From an uncultured bacterium (lineage in GTDB: Bacteria; Armatimonadota; UBA5829), in contig CAVZJH010000055.1 in the NCBI GenBank assembly GCA_963775535.1, positions 86,311 through 150,310 on the forward strand: DNA of 64,000 nt, read 5' to 3'. A program made the translations under genes and the position numbers. The notes below the pieces were generated by a model, which had not been told where the DNA came from, ran no database searches, and worked only from the letters and a program-made list of their open reading frames with translations. Shown here one piece after another: positions 1 to 9,147 of the stretch. The stretch's first letter is position 1. Each line of letters opens with the position of its first letter.

Positions 1-650
1 CATGGATATGGCAGGGCGGCAACCTGACCGACCTCGGCACGATGGGTGCTTCAGGCAGTTTTCCGACAGCCATGAACAACACGGGTCAGGTGATCGGGTT
101 CACCGTTAGTAGCACAGGTCAGTGGCCACCGTTCATCTGGCAGGGCGGCGTTATGTCTTCCATTCCGGGACTTCCTGAGGCGATGGATGTCATGGCGATC
201 AACGACGGCGGTCAGATCGTGGGAGACGATTGGGTCCACGAGGACGGTGCATCTTGGACAGAAGCATTCATCTTACAAAACGGCACTGAGACATTTCTGG
301 GCAACCTATGCACCCCTACGGATTTTTGGCAACTGAGTTGCGCGAACGGGATCAACAACCTGGGTCAGGTTGTTGGGTGGACGTTCTGCACCGGCGGCTC
401 CTCTTCCTCGGATCAACCGGACCACGCGTTCGTGTGGCAGGACGGTGTGATGACGGACCTGGGCACACTGGGCGGAAGCTACAGTACGGCATTCGCGATC
501 AATGATAACAGCTGGATTGTGGGACAATCCGAGACCACGGACGGCCAAATTCACGGCGTATTGTGGACCCCCGTCCCGGAGCCATCGCCTATGCTTGGCA
601 TTCTGACCGGGTTGTTGTTGTTGTTTCGCCGCTTTCGTTCACTTGAATAG
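1..650 (+). CDS. HAF-repeat extracellular protein with PEP-CTERM sorting signal (5' end outside window)
   Basis: Frame 3 is already open at nt 3 (WIWQGGNLTDLGT precedes the listed ATG at 42). Repeating units AINxxGQ[IV]VG ... F[IV]WQxGxMxDLG fit the HAF extracellular repeat pattern. The C-terminus PVPEPSPMLGILTGLLLLFRRFRS is a PEP motif plus hydrophobic helix plus basic tail. Confidence 0.8.
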   Translation, partial: WIWQGGNLTDLGTMGASGSFPTAMNNTGQVIGFTVSSTGQWPPFIWQGGVMSSIPGLPEAMDVMAINDGGQIVGDDWVHEDGASWTEAFILQNGTETFLGNLCTPTDFWQLSCANGINNLGQVVGWTFCTGGSSSSDQPDHAFVWQDGVMTDLGTLGGSYSTAFAINDNSWIVGQSETTDGQIHGVLWTPVPEPSPMLGILTGLLLLFRRFRSLE

Positions 651-688
651 GGCTGCGGTCGCTGACAATCTCGATGACGTAACTCATT

Positions 689-718
689 TAAGAGGAATAC
701 AATGCTTGCTTGCATAAG
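689..718 (+). repeat. 30-nt direct repeat, copy 1 (candidate island junction)
   Basis: TAAGAGGAATACAATGCTTGCTTGCATAAG is 29/30 identical to 12551-12580, and the match continues into the following CAC. Confidence 0.6.
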
Positions 719-792
719 CACTTTGTTCAGTGGCCTGGGCGTCTGCAAACTAAGTTCTTTGAGCGGCGAGAGGCTAATGCGTGGGACATTTC

Positions 793-2274
793 CTAGTCAT
801 CTACTGGCGCAGGTACCCCGCCCGGAATCTGACGGCTATCCGGCGCCTCGGGGATGATTCCCATTCTGACGTAAACGGGGCGAGCATACTCCCTTATGGT
901 ATGCACCCTGGTGGCAAATAGCGCTGCAGCGGCTACACACAGCACTCCCCCGATTGCTATCGTCAGAGTCGGACCGATCTTATTGGCCGCGAAACCCGCC
1001 AGCAGACATCCGAATGGCGCTGCGCCAAGAAACGACATCGTATACAGGCTCATCACTCGCCCCCGTTTGTCCTCATCAACCAGAGTCTGGATAATCGTGT
1101 TGCTCGCAGCCATCTGCACGATCATCCCAAACCCCGTAACGGTGAGAACGCTGCACGAGAGCCAGATGTTTCGGGAGCAAGCGAAGGCCACAATACTCAG
1201 GCCGAACGTCGCTGTGGCTATGGGTATCCATTTTGCCAGGCCCACGGCCGACTTGCGCGCTGCCAAATAGAGCGCACCGGCCAGGGCCCCGATCCCGGAG
1301 GAACCCACAAGGAAGCCGAGCGTACGAGGGCCGCCGTGAAGATAGTTCTTCGCAAACACGGGCAACAGAACCCCATAAGGCATTCCGACGAGGCTGACAA
1401 AAACCAGCAGTGCGAGGGTGTATTTGATTGGTGGGAAGCCGATGGCATACTGCAGCCCGTCCCTGAGCCTAGACAAAAGCGGCACCGACGTCTGCTCAAT
1501 TCTCATTAGTGGAATCCTCATTGCAAGAAGGCACGCCAGCACCGCAAGGAAGCTGGCTCCATTGATAAAGAAACACCATCCTGTGCCGAACCTGGCGATT
1601 AGCAGTCCGGCTATAGCCGGACCGAAGAGCCTTGCGCCGTTGAACATGGACGAATTCAGCGCTATGGCGTTGCCGAGCAGTTCTTTATCTTGTGTAAGCT
1701 CGACTACAAAGGCCTGACGCGTGGGCATGTCGAACGCATTTATGATTCCACCGAACGCACCCAGTGCAAGCACGTCAATAACCCCGTACAGAATCGGCAC
1801 GGATCGAATATGGCCGGAGAGGACGAGCCCGGCCAAAATGAATGCCTGGACCATTGCCAGGGATTGTGTGATCAGAAGTACTCTTCGGCGGTTGAATCTG
1901 TCGGCCACCAGTCCACCGAGCGGACAAAGCAGGAATCCGGGTATTTGCCCCGAGAACCCGACAATTCCCAACAGCAGCGCGGCGGAAAGATATAGGCCGA
2001 TCCCGACATGTCCGTGGACAGGCTCAAGGCGGGCTGGCCGCTGGAATATCGCGTGCAGGAATGAAGTGCCACGGGGAAAGAAGCTCAACACCAGCCACGG
2101 TAGAGCTACGAACTGCATCCAAGTGCCGACCAGAGATATAAGCTGTCCGATGAAATAGAGCAGGTAGTTACGATTGCCCAGCGCTCGGAAAGTGTGGGAC
2201 ACGAGCGGCAAGCGACCCGGCGCTTCGACGGGTGCTGCGTTGCCTTCGTTTTTGTTGTTGCGGTCAAATACCAT
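793..2274 (-). CDS. MFS transporter (EntS/MFS_3-like)
   Basis: 493-aa ORF dominated by hydrophobic helices. It carries the MFS loop motif GGLVADRFNRRRVLLI (G-x-x-x-D-R-x-G-R-R type). Confidence 0.8.
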   Translation of the reverse strand: MVFDRNNKNEGNAAPVEAPGRLPLVSHTFRALGNRNYLLYFIGQLISLVGTWMQFVALPWLVLSFFPRGTSFLHAIFQRPARLEPVHGHVGIGLYLSAALLLGIVGFSGQIPGFLLCPLGGLVADRFNRRRVLLITQSLAMVQAFILAGLVLSGHIRSVPILYGVIDVLALGAFGGIINAFDMPTRQAFVVELTQDKELLGNAIALNSSMFNGARLFGPAIAGLLIARFGTGWCFFINGASFLAVLACLLAMRIPLMRIEQTSVPLLSRLRDGLQYAIGFPPIKYTLALLVFVSLVGMPYGVLLPVFAKNYLHGGPRTLGFLVGSSGIGALAGALYLAARKSAVGLAKWIPIATATFGLSIVAFACSRNIWLSCSVLTVTGFGMIVQMAASNTIIQTLVDEDKRGRVMSLYTMSFLGAAPFGCLLAGFAANKIGPTLTIAIGGVLCVAAAALFATRVHTIREYARPVYVRMGIIPEAPDSRQIPGGVPAPVDD

Positions 2275-2360
2275 ATTGCGTGCCGAGATGGGTGAATTGC
2301 CCGCCTCACAACATTATAGCGCGAAAGGCCTTATTATGGAATACGCTACCCGTCTCAGGG

Positions 2361-3616
2361 CAGGGCAATCGCACTAAAAGCCAGCCAGGATTCTGGCAAG
2401 GAAGTCGTTGTCCCAGCCAGCCTTGTTTATCTTGCGTCTGACACTGACATTCTTAGACGACTCCTGCTTAATGAGGTTATGGGCTATTTGACGGAGCAAG
2501 GCGAAATTCTCGGGCGCGTTGTCAGTTCTGACCCTGCAGGCGTCCTCATCGAAGTCCACATCCATCACCCAATGAAGCTTATTCTCGACATTCCAGTGAT
2601 GACGTATGCTTCTGGCTATGTGAGTGATGTTGTCCAAACTGGACAAGAAGTAGCGCCTCTCGACGCTCTCGCCGTCTCTTGTGCAGCGCCTGCTCTCCGT
2701 ACACACGATGCTTTTCAGACCTTTCCACTCCTCTTTGCCCCGCAGGAAATCCAACTGTTCTATCCCAGCAGACCAGTATCTCCTGTTCTCCACCCTTCCG
2801 TGGCCCCAATCATCCTGCTCATAGAAGCCATGAGCCACATCAAAGCCTTCGCTGAGGGCATCCTCGAAGAACAATTTCGCATCTTCATGCAAAGCCTGAT
2901 GATTGCCCTTGAGCGCAAGAACATAATCCCCGCCGGAATCTATGATCTGCTCGGCTATATCCTTCTGGCAGTTCAGGGCGTCGGCAGTTACGATGCTGCC
3001 CCTTATGTCGAGAAGCTTTATCAGTTCGGGCATTGCGGTTATCTCGTTGGATTTGCCGTCTACTTTCATCTGGCCGAGGCAGAAGCTATTCTCACTGGAC
3101 CACGCATTCATAACATGAATTGCGCTCATACCGGTCGCGGTGTCGAAGCTGCGACGCAGGGTCTTGCCGTCGAAAGCGATCACATCACCGCCCACACTCT
3201 CGCTAATGGCCTGTGTCCATTCGGCAAAGCACTTCCCGAACTCCTCGGAATCAATTAGCGAGAACACCCTGCCGAATGTGTCGTGGCTGGGAATGCCATT
3301 TGGCAGGTCAAGACGTTCGGTAAACCAGTCTATCTTGGCCTTGCCGAAATCGGACATATCCACAAAGCTCGTCGCCCCGCAAATGACAGCGCAAACAGCG
3401 ATGAAGAGGATGTCCATCAGAGAATGATACTTTTGTCTGTCAAGACGAGGATCTTCCAACTCCTCAAAATGATCTAGGAAACTTGTAGAAGCCAATACAC
3501 CAACCCCCTGCTGATATACTGACTGCTTCGACACACAATGCAATACTGCCTAATCGTAATAATCGTCAACTAGCGCATGCATTCGTCACATAACAAATTC
3601 GTATGCGTAGGCCCTG
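2361..3616 (-). mobile_element. ISAs1-family insertion sequence with 10-bp target-site duplication
   Basis: Both termini begin CAGGG: CAGGGCAATCGC at 2361, and CAGGGCCTACGC as the reverse complement of 3605-3616 (9/12 match). A perfect direct repeat CGTCTCAGGG lies at 2351-2360 and 3617-3626. The element encloses the transposase ORF. Confidence 0.8.
2374..3543 (-). CDS. ISAs1-family (H-repeat-associated) DDE transposase
   Basis: 389 aa. The N-terminal DPRxxRxxxHSLxDILFIAVCAVICGA motif and the C-terminal HWxVENxLHWVMDVxFxED motif are characteristic of ISAs1 transposases. Confidence 0.9.
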   Translation of the reverse strand: MHCVSKQSVYQQGVGVLASTSFLDHFEELEDPRLDRQKYHSLMDILFIAVCAVICGATSFVDMSDFGKAKIDWFTERLDLPNGIPSHDTFGRVFSLIDSEEFGKCFAEWTQAISESVGGDVIAFDGKTLRRSFDTATGMSAIHVMNAWSSENSFCLGQMKVDGKSNEITAMPELIKLLDIRGSIVTADALNCQKDIAEQIIDSGGDYVLALKGNHQALHEDAKLFFEDALSEGFDVAHGFYEQDDWGHGRVENRRYWSAGIEQLDFLRGKEEWKGLKSIVCTESRRCTRDGESVERRYFLSSLDNITHIARSIRHHWNVENKLHWVMDVDFDEDACRVRTDNAPENFALLRQIAHNLIKQESSKNVSVRRKINKAGWDNDFLARILAGF

Positions 3617-3630
3617 CGTCTCAGGGTGCT

Positions 3631-5032
3631 TGTCAAATGTGTGGAAAGCTTTGGAGGCAAAAAAAGCTGAAAAAAGAAGGAGTTATAAGCATGTGTAGTT
3701 GGGGTGGATGTCGAATACATCTGTAGCGTTGAGAAACAGATGATAGGAGGCACCACCCCAACATGTCAACGGAAACTATTGTATCAGAACTGATGCAGCT
3801 TATCCAGAGCAATATTGCCGGCTCTGCCGGTGAGAGCTTATCAGAGAAAGAAGAAAGAGCTTTGGCGATTGGCCGGCGTGCGGCTGAGTTGTCGATGTCC
3901 GAGATGATTGCTGTTGATCCGGAGGAGCCGTTGTGCGTTGTTTGCGAGTGCGGCGGCATTTCACTGGGCAAGCAAAGCCGTTCCCGTAGCGTGGTAACGA
4001 TGGCAGGGACTCACAGGATCAGCCGAAGGAGCTATCGCTGCGAGAGATGCGGCGAATGGCTTGTGCCGCGCGACGAGAAGCTTGGAATAGGTTCGGGCAA
4101 CTACAGTGTTGGAGTGGTTGCGCTTGCCGCCGAGGTATCGGCTGGCTTTGCTTTCGAAGCGGGCGAGGATTTCCTGTCTCGTCGCTTTGGTTTGGATTTA
4201 TGCTACAAGCAGGTTCAGCGCCTTGCGGAGCGGACTGGCGCAGTGATCTACGAGGGCGAGTATGAACTCGCCCTTGGAGTGATATCCGATGACGTTGCGC
4301 TTGTCTGTGAGGAGCGACCCGATGTGCTGACTATGAGCGCCGACGGGCTGATGGTTCATTCTGACGGGGCTTGGACCGAGATGAAGTGCGCTTCATTTCT
4401 GAGTGAGGCGTATGGGCGCAGCACCATCGCGACAATGGAGAAGTCGGAGAAGTTCGGCGAGCTTGTGTATCTTGAAGCCGTCCGTCGCGGTCTTCGTCGC
4501 GCGGGCAAGATAGTGTTCGTGGCCGATGGGGCAGTGTGGATATGGAACCTGGTGGCCCATCACTTTCCCGAGGCCATTGAGATTGTGGACTGGTATCACG
4601 CCACGCAGCACCTATGGGAGGTAGCCAATGCCTGGTATGGGGACGGAACAAAGAAAGCCAAGGACTGGGTTAAGAGGAACAAGACTCGACTGATGGAGGA
4701 TGGAGTGGAGCGGGTGATCTCTTCGATAAAGCAGTGGCAGCCAAAAGGCGAGGATAAGCAGAAGACAAAGCGAGAGAATCTGCACTACTTTGCTACGAAC
4801 GCTAATCGTATGCTCTACGCGACTTTCGAGCTTAACGGCTTCTACATCGGTAGTGGCAGTGTTGAAAGCGCTTGTAAGCAGTATGGCCAGGGCAGACTAA
4901 AGCAGTCGGGCATGCACTGGAAGAGGCCAGGAATCGAAGCAATAGCCCACCTGAGATCGGCTGTCCTAAACAAGAGAACCCACACAATACTGGAGGCTGC
5001 CAAAATCGCCGCCTGATTCCACACATTTGACA
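3631..5032 (+). mobile_element. IS element with perfect 16-bp terminal inverted repeats (ISKra4-like; family tentative)
   Basis: TGTCAAATGTGTGGAA at 3631-3646 is the exact reverse complement of 5017-5032. The repeats bracket a single transposase ORF. The element starts 4 bp after the ISAs1 duplication. Confidence 0.75.
3763..5016 (+). CDS. transposase (ISKra4/ISLre2-like)
   Basis: 417 aa. It has an N-terminal Cys pairs region (CVVCECGG ... YRCERCG) and a DDE-like core with VADGAVWIWN ... VDWYHATQHLWE. The family name is from memory of similar proteins, not from a search. Confidence 0.65.
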   Translation: MSTETIVSELMQLIQSNIAGSAGESLSEKEERALAIGRRAAELSMSEMIAVDPEEPLCVVCECGGISLGKQSRSRSVVTMAGTHRISRRSYRCERCGEWLVPRDEKLGIGSGNYSVGVVALAAEVSAGFAFEAGEDFLSRRFGLDLCYKQVQRLAERTGAVIYEGEYELALGVISDDVALVCEERPDVLTMSADGLMVHSDGAWTEMKCASFLSEAYGRSTIATMEKSEKFGELVYLEAVRRGLRRAGKIVFVADGAVWIWNLVAHHFPEAIEIVDWYHATQHLWEVANAWYGDGTKKAKDWVKRNKTRLMEDGVERVISSIKQWQPKGEDKQKTKRENLHYFATNANRMLYATFELNGFYIGSGSVESACKQYGQGRLKQSGMHWKRPGIEAIAHLRSAVLNKRTHTILEAAKIAA

Positions 5033-5242
5033 TGCGCCCCCCGTCTCAAATCCGCCTGCAGGCTTCAAAAAACTGCACGCGTGCTATCAACTGGCTGCTT
5101 GAAGCAGGCGTTCAAGGTAGCGTCAAGTGTTGTGTGTAAATTGCCTTGGCCGGTAAGGCACAACCCTGCGTATAATTGCAAAGGAAAAATGTCCCCTGCG
5201 GCTAGGATGTCCAGTTATATCGTAACGCGTTACGATATAACG

Positions 5243-5557
5243 CTAGTAAGGCACCTCGCCCAGAGAAGCCAGAACATCCTGGACGGCATCAAGTATCTCA
5301 GTGAAACCCTCGCCCCGTTCTGAGGACTGCCACTCTTCTGAGCGGCTTTCGAAGTAACTTTCCATCTCGCACGCGGCCTGATCGACAAGCAGCGTTGCGT
5401 GTTTTAGCAATCCGCGCCATCTCTTGTGTCCAGGCTTGGATGATACTGCCGCAAGAGGCGGAATCGACTCTTGTGCCGCTTGACTGCCGCTGCATAGCTT
5501 GTGTCTGTAGGCAGCCTGACGCTCCGCGTTGGTTGCATATATTCGTCTTCTCGGCAT
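5243..5557 (-). CDS. hypothetical protein encoded inside the IS256 boundaries, downstream of the transposase
   Basis: 104-aa ORF on the same strand, starting 12 nt after the transposase stop. The N-terminus is MPRRRIYATNAERQAAYRHK. I recognise no family. Confidence 0.35.
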   Translation of the reverse strand: MPRRRIYATNAERQAAYRHKLCSGSQAAQESIPPLAAVSSKPGHKRWRGLLKHATLLVDQAACEMESYFESRSEEWQSSERGEGFTEILDAVQDVLASLGEVPY

Positions 5558-5569
5558 GAGCGTCTCCTT

Positions 5570-6790
5570 TCAGGCTACTCGTTTCGCAGCTGATGTTGTT
5601 TGCGGGCCAGAGTTCTTTGGCAGGTAAGACTTATCCCAGTGTCGATTTTGGTATGCAAACACTGCGTAGAGCATGCGGTCGACGCTGCGTCGGTTCGTGA
5701 AGCACGAGATTGTCCTGGTGCGCCGCCGCACTTCTCTGAACACCCTTTCTATTGGATTGGTGGTTCGCACTCTGCGCTGGAAACATTCAGGCACATTGAA
5801 GAACTCCAGCAACTCTTCGATGTCAGCTTCCAGGCAGGCGACTGCTTTCGGCTCCATCTCGATCCATTTCTTCCGCCAAGCTCGAAATCTCTTTGCCGCC
5901 TCAGTGCGCTTTGGCGCCAGGTAGATTAGCTTGGCTCCATCCAGGCAAGCCTTCTCATTGCACTTCTTGAGCTTGTTAGCCACGTTTCTGAGCTTGTGCG
6001 CCCAACATCTCTGACGTGGGATGTGCGGCCACATGTTTTCCACAGCAGCAATGAGCCCAGTTCCGCCATCTGTCGATATCAGCTTCAGGTTCTTGCCCTC
6101 GAAGCCGCGTCTGTATAGACTCTCAAGAAAAGAGCTGCAGCAAACCTCAGACTCAGACTCCACCTGCTTAAATGACAGGATCTGTTTCCTACCGGTCCCG
6201 GATATCCCCATAGCGACTAACACGCAGCGCTTCTCCGCACCGACAGCAGATCGATTCTTGACAACGACCCCATCCAGCAGCAAATACTCCCAGTCATCGT
6301 CAAGCGGTGAAGACCAATATTGCCTCACTAGATCGTCCAGACCCTGGCAGATCGCAGACACCGTGCCGGCGGAAACCTCGTAGCCCAAAACTCTGCCAAG
6401 CACTTCTCCCACTCTGCGCGTTGACGGACCTGACAGATATGTCTCCAGTATCAAATCCCGCGCTTCGCTTGTCAGCAGCCCATGAGCGTCCCAAAGACCG
6501 TGCTCATAGCTTCCATCTCGCAGTCGTGGAACCTCTATCTCTACCGTTCCATACGGAGTTACCAGAGTTCGCAGGTAGACACCGTTACGATAGCCCCGAC
6601 GGCCCTCGCCACGCTTATACCAGCCAATTCCCAGCTTCCAACTCAGCGCATCTCGCAGGCTCGACTCCACAAAATGCTTTAACCCCCTTTGCTGAAACTC
6701 CCTGTATCGACCCCAAGGACAATCCGCAGCGCGAACCTCTGACCAAGCTTCTATTGCTTCCTCGAACTCTTCGACGTATACTTCTCTCAA
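5570..6790 (-). CDS. IS256-family (Mutator-type) transposase
   Basis: 406 aa. The core LISTDGGTGLIAAVENMWPHIPRQRCWAHKLRNV is the typical IS256 DDE/CWxHKxRN signature. Confidence 0.9.
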   Translation of the reverse strand: MREVYVEEFEEAIEAWSEVRAADCPWGRYREFQQRGLKHFVESSLRDALSWKLGIGWYKRGEGRRGYRNGVYLRTLVTPYGTVEIEVPRLRDGSYEHGLWDAHGLLTSEARDLILETYLSGPSTRRVGEVLGRVLGYEVSAGTVSAICQGLDDLVRQYWSSPLDDDWEYLLLDGVVVKNRSAVGAEKRCVLVAMGISGTGRKQILSFKQVESESEVCCSSFLESLYRRGFEGKNLKLISTDGGTGLIAAVENMWPHIPRQRCWAHKLRNVANKLKKCNEKACLDGAKLIYLAPKRTEAAKRFRAWRKKWIEMEPKAVACLEADIEELLEFFNVPECFQRRVRTTNPIERVFREVRRRTRTISCFTNRRSVDRMLYAVFAYQNRHWDKSYLPKNSGPQTTSAAKRVA

Positions 6791-6922
6791 GGCGCGTTCC
6801 TCCTTCTGTTGGTCTCGTTAACCTCATATTAGAAAGAGGGATGCGCCTTACCTACCTCAACTTGATTTTACACACTCCATTGTACGCTACCGGCGTTCAA
6901 TTGGTACTGGACTCCATGACAA

Positions 6923-7159
6923 ATGAGCAGTAAGATTGATCGTCGGTCGTATGAACGATCTGTTCAGGGAGGTAAGCATAACTTGCAGGCCAAGATTGAA
7001 AACAACGAGTTGGTGATTCGAATACCCTTGGAGAAACCGAAACCGTCCTCGTCAGGCAAGACTCTGATCGTTGCAAGCACGGGAGGCAATGTCCAGATCG
7101 ACGTGGAAGTGGACGGCAAGCCGGTCTTTGTAGGCTTGAATGCATACATTAAGAAATGA
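6923..7159 (+). CDS. small hypothetical protein
   Basis: 78-aa ORF (…ELVIRIPLEKPKPSSSGKTLIVASTGGNVQIDVEVDGKPVFVGLNAYIKK). It lies between the IS256 end and the radical-SAM remnant. The coding status is not proven. Confidence 0.35.
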   Translation: MSSKIDRRSYERSVQGGKHNLQAKIENNELVIRIPLEKPKPSSSGKTLIVASTGGNVQIDVEVDGKPVFVGLNAYIKK

Positions 7160-7196
7160 GTGAGTAACGGAATCGGGTCGCTCGTACTATGTTGAG

Positions 7197-7916
7197 GTGA
7201 TGGGGGGAGGGGATATGAGGGGTGCGGATAGCAGCGAATCGCTTCAGTATGTTTATGCGCCCGACTACGTCGAGCAACGGGGCGAGAATCATTTGCTCGT
7301 GTGCGAGGCGGATGCACGGTGGGCTGTCGTGGATGAGGAAATGTGTAATCTCATTTGCAGGACGAAGCGTGAACTCAGCAGTTCCGGAGAATCGTCCCAG
7401 CAAGAAAGGCGCTCTGAGCCGGCAATTCGAAACACTGCCTTGAACATTACCCGGCAATGTAACCTTCGCTGTAGTTTTTGCTACAGCTCTGATGTGCTCA
7501 CAAATAGCTCAGAAAACGAGCTTTCTGCGGCTGAGATTGTGCTGTTTCTCAAGAATGCCAAACGCTTAGCGGCCAGCAAGCCGTCATTCGTGATCCTTGG
7601 TGGGGAGCCATTGCTTTGACCCGAGAAGCTTCTTCACGTGTCCGCCCAGGCACGTCGATTGGGGTTTACGCCTCTGGTTTCGACCAACGGCACGCTTGTT
7701 ACGGACAACTTCGCTCGCTGGGCGCGCAGAATCGGTCTTCAAGTGCAGGTCTCGATTGACGGACATAATGCCGAGCACAACGACTCTGTCAGGGGGAATG
7801 GTTCGTTCGATAAGGCGAGCCTTGTTCCTGCACGACCGACCTACTTCCATATAGCGTACACAGCGGCGACTAACTTGTCCAACGAGGCATGGGTGGCGTC
7901 GCGGCTTGCGCGTTGA
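7197..7916 (+). pseudogene. radical SAM enzyme remnant (in-frame TGA, C-terminally truncated)
   Basis: CNLRCSFC is a CxxxCxxC cluster motif, followed by VILGGEPLL. An in-frame TGA sits at 7617-7619. The same frame then continues with the conserved TNGTLV ... VSIDGHNAEHNDSVRGNGSFDKA. No SPASM or C-terminal half follows. Confidence 0.7.
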
Positions 7917-8058
7917 CAAGACGCCGGATGGCTATCGGGTGATCAGCGCAGGTCCCGATGCCGAGTTTGGCACGAGAGATGATATAGTATTTCCGAAACG
8001 CGACGACCTGCGCGGATTCACGGGAGGGAATATCAAGCCGGCGCTGATCCACAAATAG
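7915..8058 (+). pseudogene. C-terminal fragment of a GspG/pseudopilin-like protein
   Basis: Translation is DKTPDGYRVISAGPDAEFGTRDDIVFPKR...*. The GPDGxxGTxDDI-type tail is typical of type II secretion pseudopilins. There is no N-terminal prepilin part. Confidence 0.35.
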
Positions 8059-8129
8059 ATGTCGACTGCAATGATTCAGTCACAACCCTGGCTGCCAGAG
8101 CAGGAGTTGACCGAGGAGGCACGTTCAGG

Positions 8130-9068
8130 TTGAAAAACTTCAAGGAAGTCCTACAGGCCGTCGAGGCTGCCGAACCGCGCCGCGTAGCAGTGGCCGCGGC
8201 TAACGAGATCAGCATCATCAAGGGGCTGAAGAATGCGCAGGAGTCGAATGTTGGCATCCCGACATTCTTCGGCGACGCCAGGCATATCCGCTCAATGGTC
8301 CATGACATCGGCTGGAATCTGCCCGATGAGCGTATCGTCGACGTGCCGGACCCACTCGAAGCGGCAGCGCAGGCTGTGCTGGCCGTGAGAGAAGGACGGT
8401 GCGACGTGCTGATGAAGGGGCAAATTCACACTGATGACTTTCTGCGCACCGTACTCGACAAGGAAAAAGGGCTGCGGACAGGCGTGACGATGAGCCACGT
8501 CTTTATTATGGAAGTCAGCGGCCGGGAGAAGCTGCTATTCGTAACCGATGGCGCCATGAATATCGCGCCCGATCTCGTGAGGAAAGCAGAGATCATACTT
8601 AATGCTGTCTACCTGGCGAACGCTTTCGGAGTGGAGACGCCTAAGGTGGCCGTTTTAGCTGCGGTAGAGGTAGTGAACCCGGCCATGCCGGCCACTCTGG
8701 AAGCGGCGGCCCTCGCCAAGATGGGAGATCGTGGACAGTTCCCCGGCTGTGTCATAGACGGACCATTCGGATTGGACAACGCCGTTAACCCCGCTGCCGC
8801 GAAGATCAAGAACATCGACTCCCCCGTTGCCGGGCAGGCGGACATATTGCTTGTGCCTGACATTGAATCCGGGAACATGCTGGTCAAGTGCTTCTCACAT
8901 CTGGGCGGTGGACGGACGGCAGGAGTACTGGTGGGGGCGTCGGCTCCGGTCGTGCTCACGAGCAGGGCGGACAGCGCCGAGGACAAATTCCTTTCTATCG
9001 CTGTGGCAGTGCTGATGGCGAACATGACCAGGAGAGGCGGAGTCAAGGTAGGCCAGGTGCATTACTAA
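8130..9068 (+). CDS. phosphate butyryl/acetyl-transferase (PTA_PTB family)
   Basis: 312 aa with a TTG start. It carries RVAVAAANE, LMKGQIHTDDFLR, LFVTDGAMNIAPD, DILLVPDIESGNMLVK and VLTSRADS, motifs matching Ptb-type enzymes along the whole length. Confidence 0.85.
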   Translation: MKNFKEVLQAVEAAEPRRVAVAAANEISIIKGLKNAQESNVGIPTFFGDARHIRSMVHDIGWNLPDERIVDVPDPLEAAAQAVLAVREGRCDVLMKGQIHTDDFLRTVLDKEKGLRTGVTMSHVFIMEVSGREKLLFVTDGAMNIAPDLVRKAEIILNAVYLANAFGVETPKVAVLAAVEVVNPAMPATLEAAALAKMGDRGQFPGCVIDGPFGLDNAVNPAAAKIKNIDSPVAGQADILLVPDIESGNMLVKCFSHLGGGRTAGVLVGASAPVVLTSRADSAEDKFLSIAVAVLMANMTRRGGVKVGQVHY

Positions 9069-9147
9069 GCGCCCTTGCCGGATCGTTATGCATTGATGAT
9101 GCGGCGGAGACTGTGCTATACTTCGACTGCTTGCGCGAAACGAACAG

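Larger units (their letters stand above)
5132..6875 (-). mobile_element. IS256-family element, unusually long (about 1.74 kb)
   Basis: Imperfect inverted termini. GTGTGTAAA ... GGTAAGGCACAACCCT at 5132-5167 pairs with the reverse complement of 6837-6875 (GTGTGTAAA ... GGTAAGGCGCATCCCT). I could not identify a clear target duplication. Confidence 0.55.

Noticed and set aside
7617-7619. TGA in the radical-SAM gene as selenocysteine or a recoded sense codon
   Set aside because: TGA is used as an ordinary stop by many conserved genes in this window, for example the ISKra4-like and IS256 transposase ORFs. The position follows GGEPLL, where no Cys/Sec is expected. No convincing SECIS-like hairpin follows. 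The gene is also truncated, so it is a pseudogene.
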